From an uncultured bacterium (GTDB lineage: Bacteria; Bacteroidota; Bacteroidia; Chitinophagales; UBA10324), in NCBI GenBank assembly GCA_963977675.1, contig CAXBPY010000007.1, forward strand, positions 297 through 64,296: a stretch of 64,000 bases of DNA, given 5' to 3'. Both the position numbers and the translations under genes were made by a program. Position 1 is the stretch's first letter. Each line of letters begins with the position of its first letter. Of the stretch, positions 62,294 through 64,000 are shown one piece after another. A model generated the notes under the pieces. The model was not told the origin of the DNA, did no database searches, and saw nothing but the letters and a program-made list of their open reading frames with translations.

Positions 62294-62475
62294 TCATCCG
62301 CATTTGCATTCTCGCTTTGCTGTTGCTTACAGCACATGAAATTAATCCCCGCAAACTTGGCCAAAAGGGATGGAAGAATCTTCGTTTTGCGATGCGACAT
62401 CCGATAGAAAGTTTGTTACACCTCAGAAAGAATTTTCATTTCTAAACAAATTGACAGATTAAAATTTTCATCAAT

Positions 62476-62883
62476 ATGAGCCTTAAAAAATTTTCGATTC
62501 AGACATTCTCTCTATTTATTTTTCTCAGCATTGCTGTGGGCACAAGTGCGCAAACTATTTACTTCTGCGAGTCAGTTGATCAGAGCGGAGCACCTGTTAA
62601 TCAGAGCAACGCATTCATTATTGGTAATAATGGCGGCTACTTTGATTTCCTGGTTAAGTTGCCTTACGAGGCGCGGAGCTATTATGTAAACTATGATATC
62701 TACAAATTATCGAGCGATGGCAGCGAACAGTTTGATAATACTATACGGCAGGAAATAGAGCCGGACTACAATTGGTTTTGGAAAGAAGTGACTTTTTATG
62801 ATGAGGGAACATACAAAGTATATGTTTATGATGACAATGATTACCTCATTACATCTTCTTCAGTAAAAGTCAGGAAAAATTAA
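62476..62883 (+). CDS. Hypothetical small secreted protein
   Basis: Signal peptide MSLKKFSIQTFSLFIFLSIAVGTSAQ and beta-rich mature part. No family recognised. Confidence 0.5.
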   Translation: MSLKKFSIQTFSLFIFLSIAVGTSAQTIYFCESVDQSGAPVNQSNAFIIGNNGGYFDFLVKLPYEARSYYVNYDIYKLSSDGSEQFDNTIRQEIEPDYNWFWKEVTFYDEGTYKVYVYDDNDYLITSSSVKVRKN

Positions 62884-62951
62884 TCAGAAGCCTGCTGCAT
62901 TTAGGTTAAGCTGAAGATTTAGTTTATAAAAGTTTTAAAACTTAAGAAAGA

Positions 62952-63284
62952 CTATTTTTTCCTTTGAAAAAATTTTGTTATTGTCCGAACAAAATAAACC
63001 TGCGCAAGGCGAACAATAAATTTTGCAGCTTCACTCTTAATACCCATTTCTTCTTTGCCCAAAAATCGGTTGAACAGAAAATCATTTACCCATTCCATCC
63101 ATCCGAAAACCTTGTCATTTGTTCTGTCACTGAAAGGAAGAATTGGTTTCAAAATCATTTCAGGGTAATGATTCCGCAAATCGCGCCATTTGCTTTTCAA
63201 TCTTTTTTCGGTATCCAGGATATGAGCCTCGAGCCTTTGTTTTTCTTGTAATAAAGTTTTGTAATCAGTTACCTGTGTATACAT
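62952..63284 (-). CDS. Hypothetical protein, third member of a YtxH/YqjE-like cluster
   Basis: Coiled-coil-like N-terminus. Same strand as, and downstream of, the two stress-membrane-protein-like genes. Confidence 0.45.
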   Translation of the reverse strand: MYTQVTDYKTLLQEKQRLEAHILDTEKRLKSKWRDLRNHYPEMILKPILPFSDRTNDKVFGWMEWVNDFLFNRFLGKEEMGIKSEAAKFIVRLAQVYFVRTITKFFQRKK

Positions 63285-63485
63285 TTTTTTCTTTGTGGTG
63301 GTTTACAGGTTCAAAGAAATGAAATTTAATTGCTATATATAAGTGTAATTATTCGATGCAGCCATCTAAACTTTTTTGCCCTGTTTTTTTTCTGAACTCT
63401 ATTTTTAAACTGTTCATATTAAGGGGAGACTTAAAATAACGCCCCTTCAAATGTTATCGCCTTTCTTAAGATCCACAATTAAGAA

Positions 63486-63851
63486 TTAACTGCCACCGGT
63501 TTCAGTATCATCATTCTTATAAATTGTACGAATCACCTGGCTCATAAAAAATTGTTCAACACTTTTTCTTTTCACTAATAAAATAAAAAGAGCGAAGCAG
63601 TAAACACCGGCTACCAGTAAGAAACCTGCATACTGACTGCTCATTACCGAATTCAAATAAGCACCCGCTACAATTGATACTGCTATCAGTACTAAAAAGA
63701 AAATGATTACTAAAATCATCAAGGTCAGAAAAACTCCAATCACGCGCGATACTTTTTCTGTCGCTTTTAGTTTTACCAGTTCGATGCGGCTCTCTATGTA
63801 ATCTGTCGCCAGTTCTTTTAACTCATCCAGATGTTCTCTTGCTTCATTCAT
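63486..63851 (-). CDS. DUF1469 / YqjE-like two-TM membrane protein (family often labelled phage holin family)
   Basis: Amphipathic N-terminus (ELVKLKATEKVSR) followed by two long TM helices, 121 aa. Confidence 0.6.
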   Translation of the reverse strand: MNEAREHLDELKELATDYIESRIELVKLKATEKVSRVIGVFLTLMILVIIFFLVLIAVSIVAGAYLNSVMSSQYAGFLLVAGVYCFALFILLVKRKSVEQFFMSQVIRTIYKNDDTETGGS

Positions 63852-63863
63852 ATTTTCTTAGAT

Positions 63864-64000
63864 TCATTTTTCATTGTTGTTAACAGCGAAATCTTCCATC
63901 ACCTTTCTTCCTTTATCAATCACTTCTCCAAATTCTTTTTTCACTCTGTCAGCTGTGCTTTTAAGGTCGCTTATCATTTCCTCTTTTTTATCTGAGGTAA
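63864..64000 (-). CDS. YtxH-like general stress protein, C-terminal fragment (5' part outside the window)
   Basis: The minus-strand frame is open from the window edge: TSDKKEEMISDLKSTADRVKKEFGEVIDKGRKVMEDFAVNNNEK-stop (TGA at 63864-63866). A charged helical sequence typical of YtxH/ElaB-like proteins. Confidence 0.5.
   Translation of the reverse strand, partial: TSDKKEEMISDLKSTADRVKKEFGEVIDKGRKVMEDFAVNNNEK

Noticed and set aside
63486-63851. Possible phage holin or prophage remnant.
   Set aside because: No endolysin, terminase, capsid or integrase genes are nearby. The neighbours look like a YtxH/YqjE-type stress cluster, so the family name alone is not evidence of a phage.

Overview
The window looks like a chromosomal segment of an AT-rich Bacteroidota genome. 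Three things support this: many T9SS type-A and type-B C-terminal sorting domains, SprB-type repeats, and a TTTG/TAnnTTTG-type promoter with no Shine-Dalgarno sequences. All calls rest on reading motifs in the supplied translations and the raw DNA; no homology search was possible.

About 55 CDSs are supported.
- Housekeeping genes: gyrA, rpsF-rpsR-rplI, lnt, kdsB/kdsC, lepB, rimO, mltG, lysC-type aspartokinase, comEC, suhB-like, and a PduO-type adenosyltransferase.
- A thiamine operon, thiS-thiC-thiE'-thiD-thiE-thiG, sits behind a clear TPP riboswitch.
- A P1B copper ATPase lies divergent from a Tat-signal Fe/Mn superoxide dismutase.
- At least seven large secreted proteins carry T9SS sorting domains. 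They are built from SprB, PKD and Ig-like modules, and one has a cupredoxin domain.

I found no rRNA, tRNA, CRISPR array, transposase, integrase or recognisable defence system, and no convincing novel multi-gene system.

The best leads are:
- a YadA-head-like fibre protein paired with a T9SS cargo gene;
- a surface-targeted cupredoxin fusion;
- a TMTC-like GT-C/TPR membrane protein;
- a DUF4139-like / polytopic membrane protein / aspartokinase operon;
- the CopA / Tat-SOD pair;
- a SIMPL-like gene interrupted by an in-frame TAA;
- an orphan terminator-like RNA structure upstream of mltG;
- a low-coding stretch upstream of lepB.

Interest scores are deliberately moderate.
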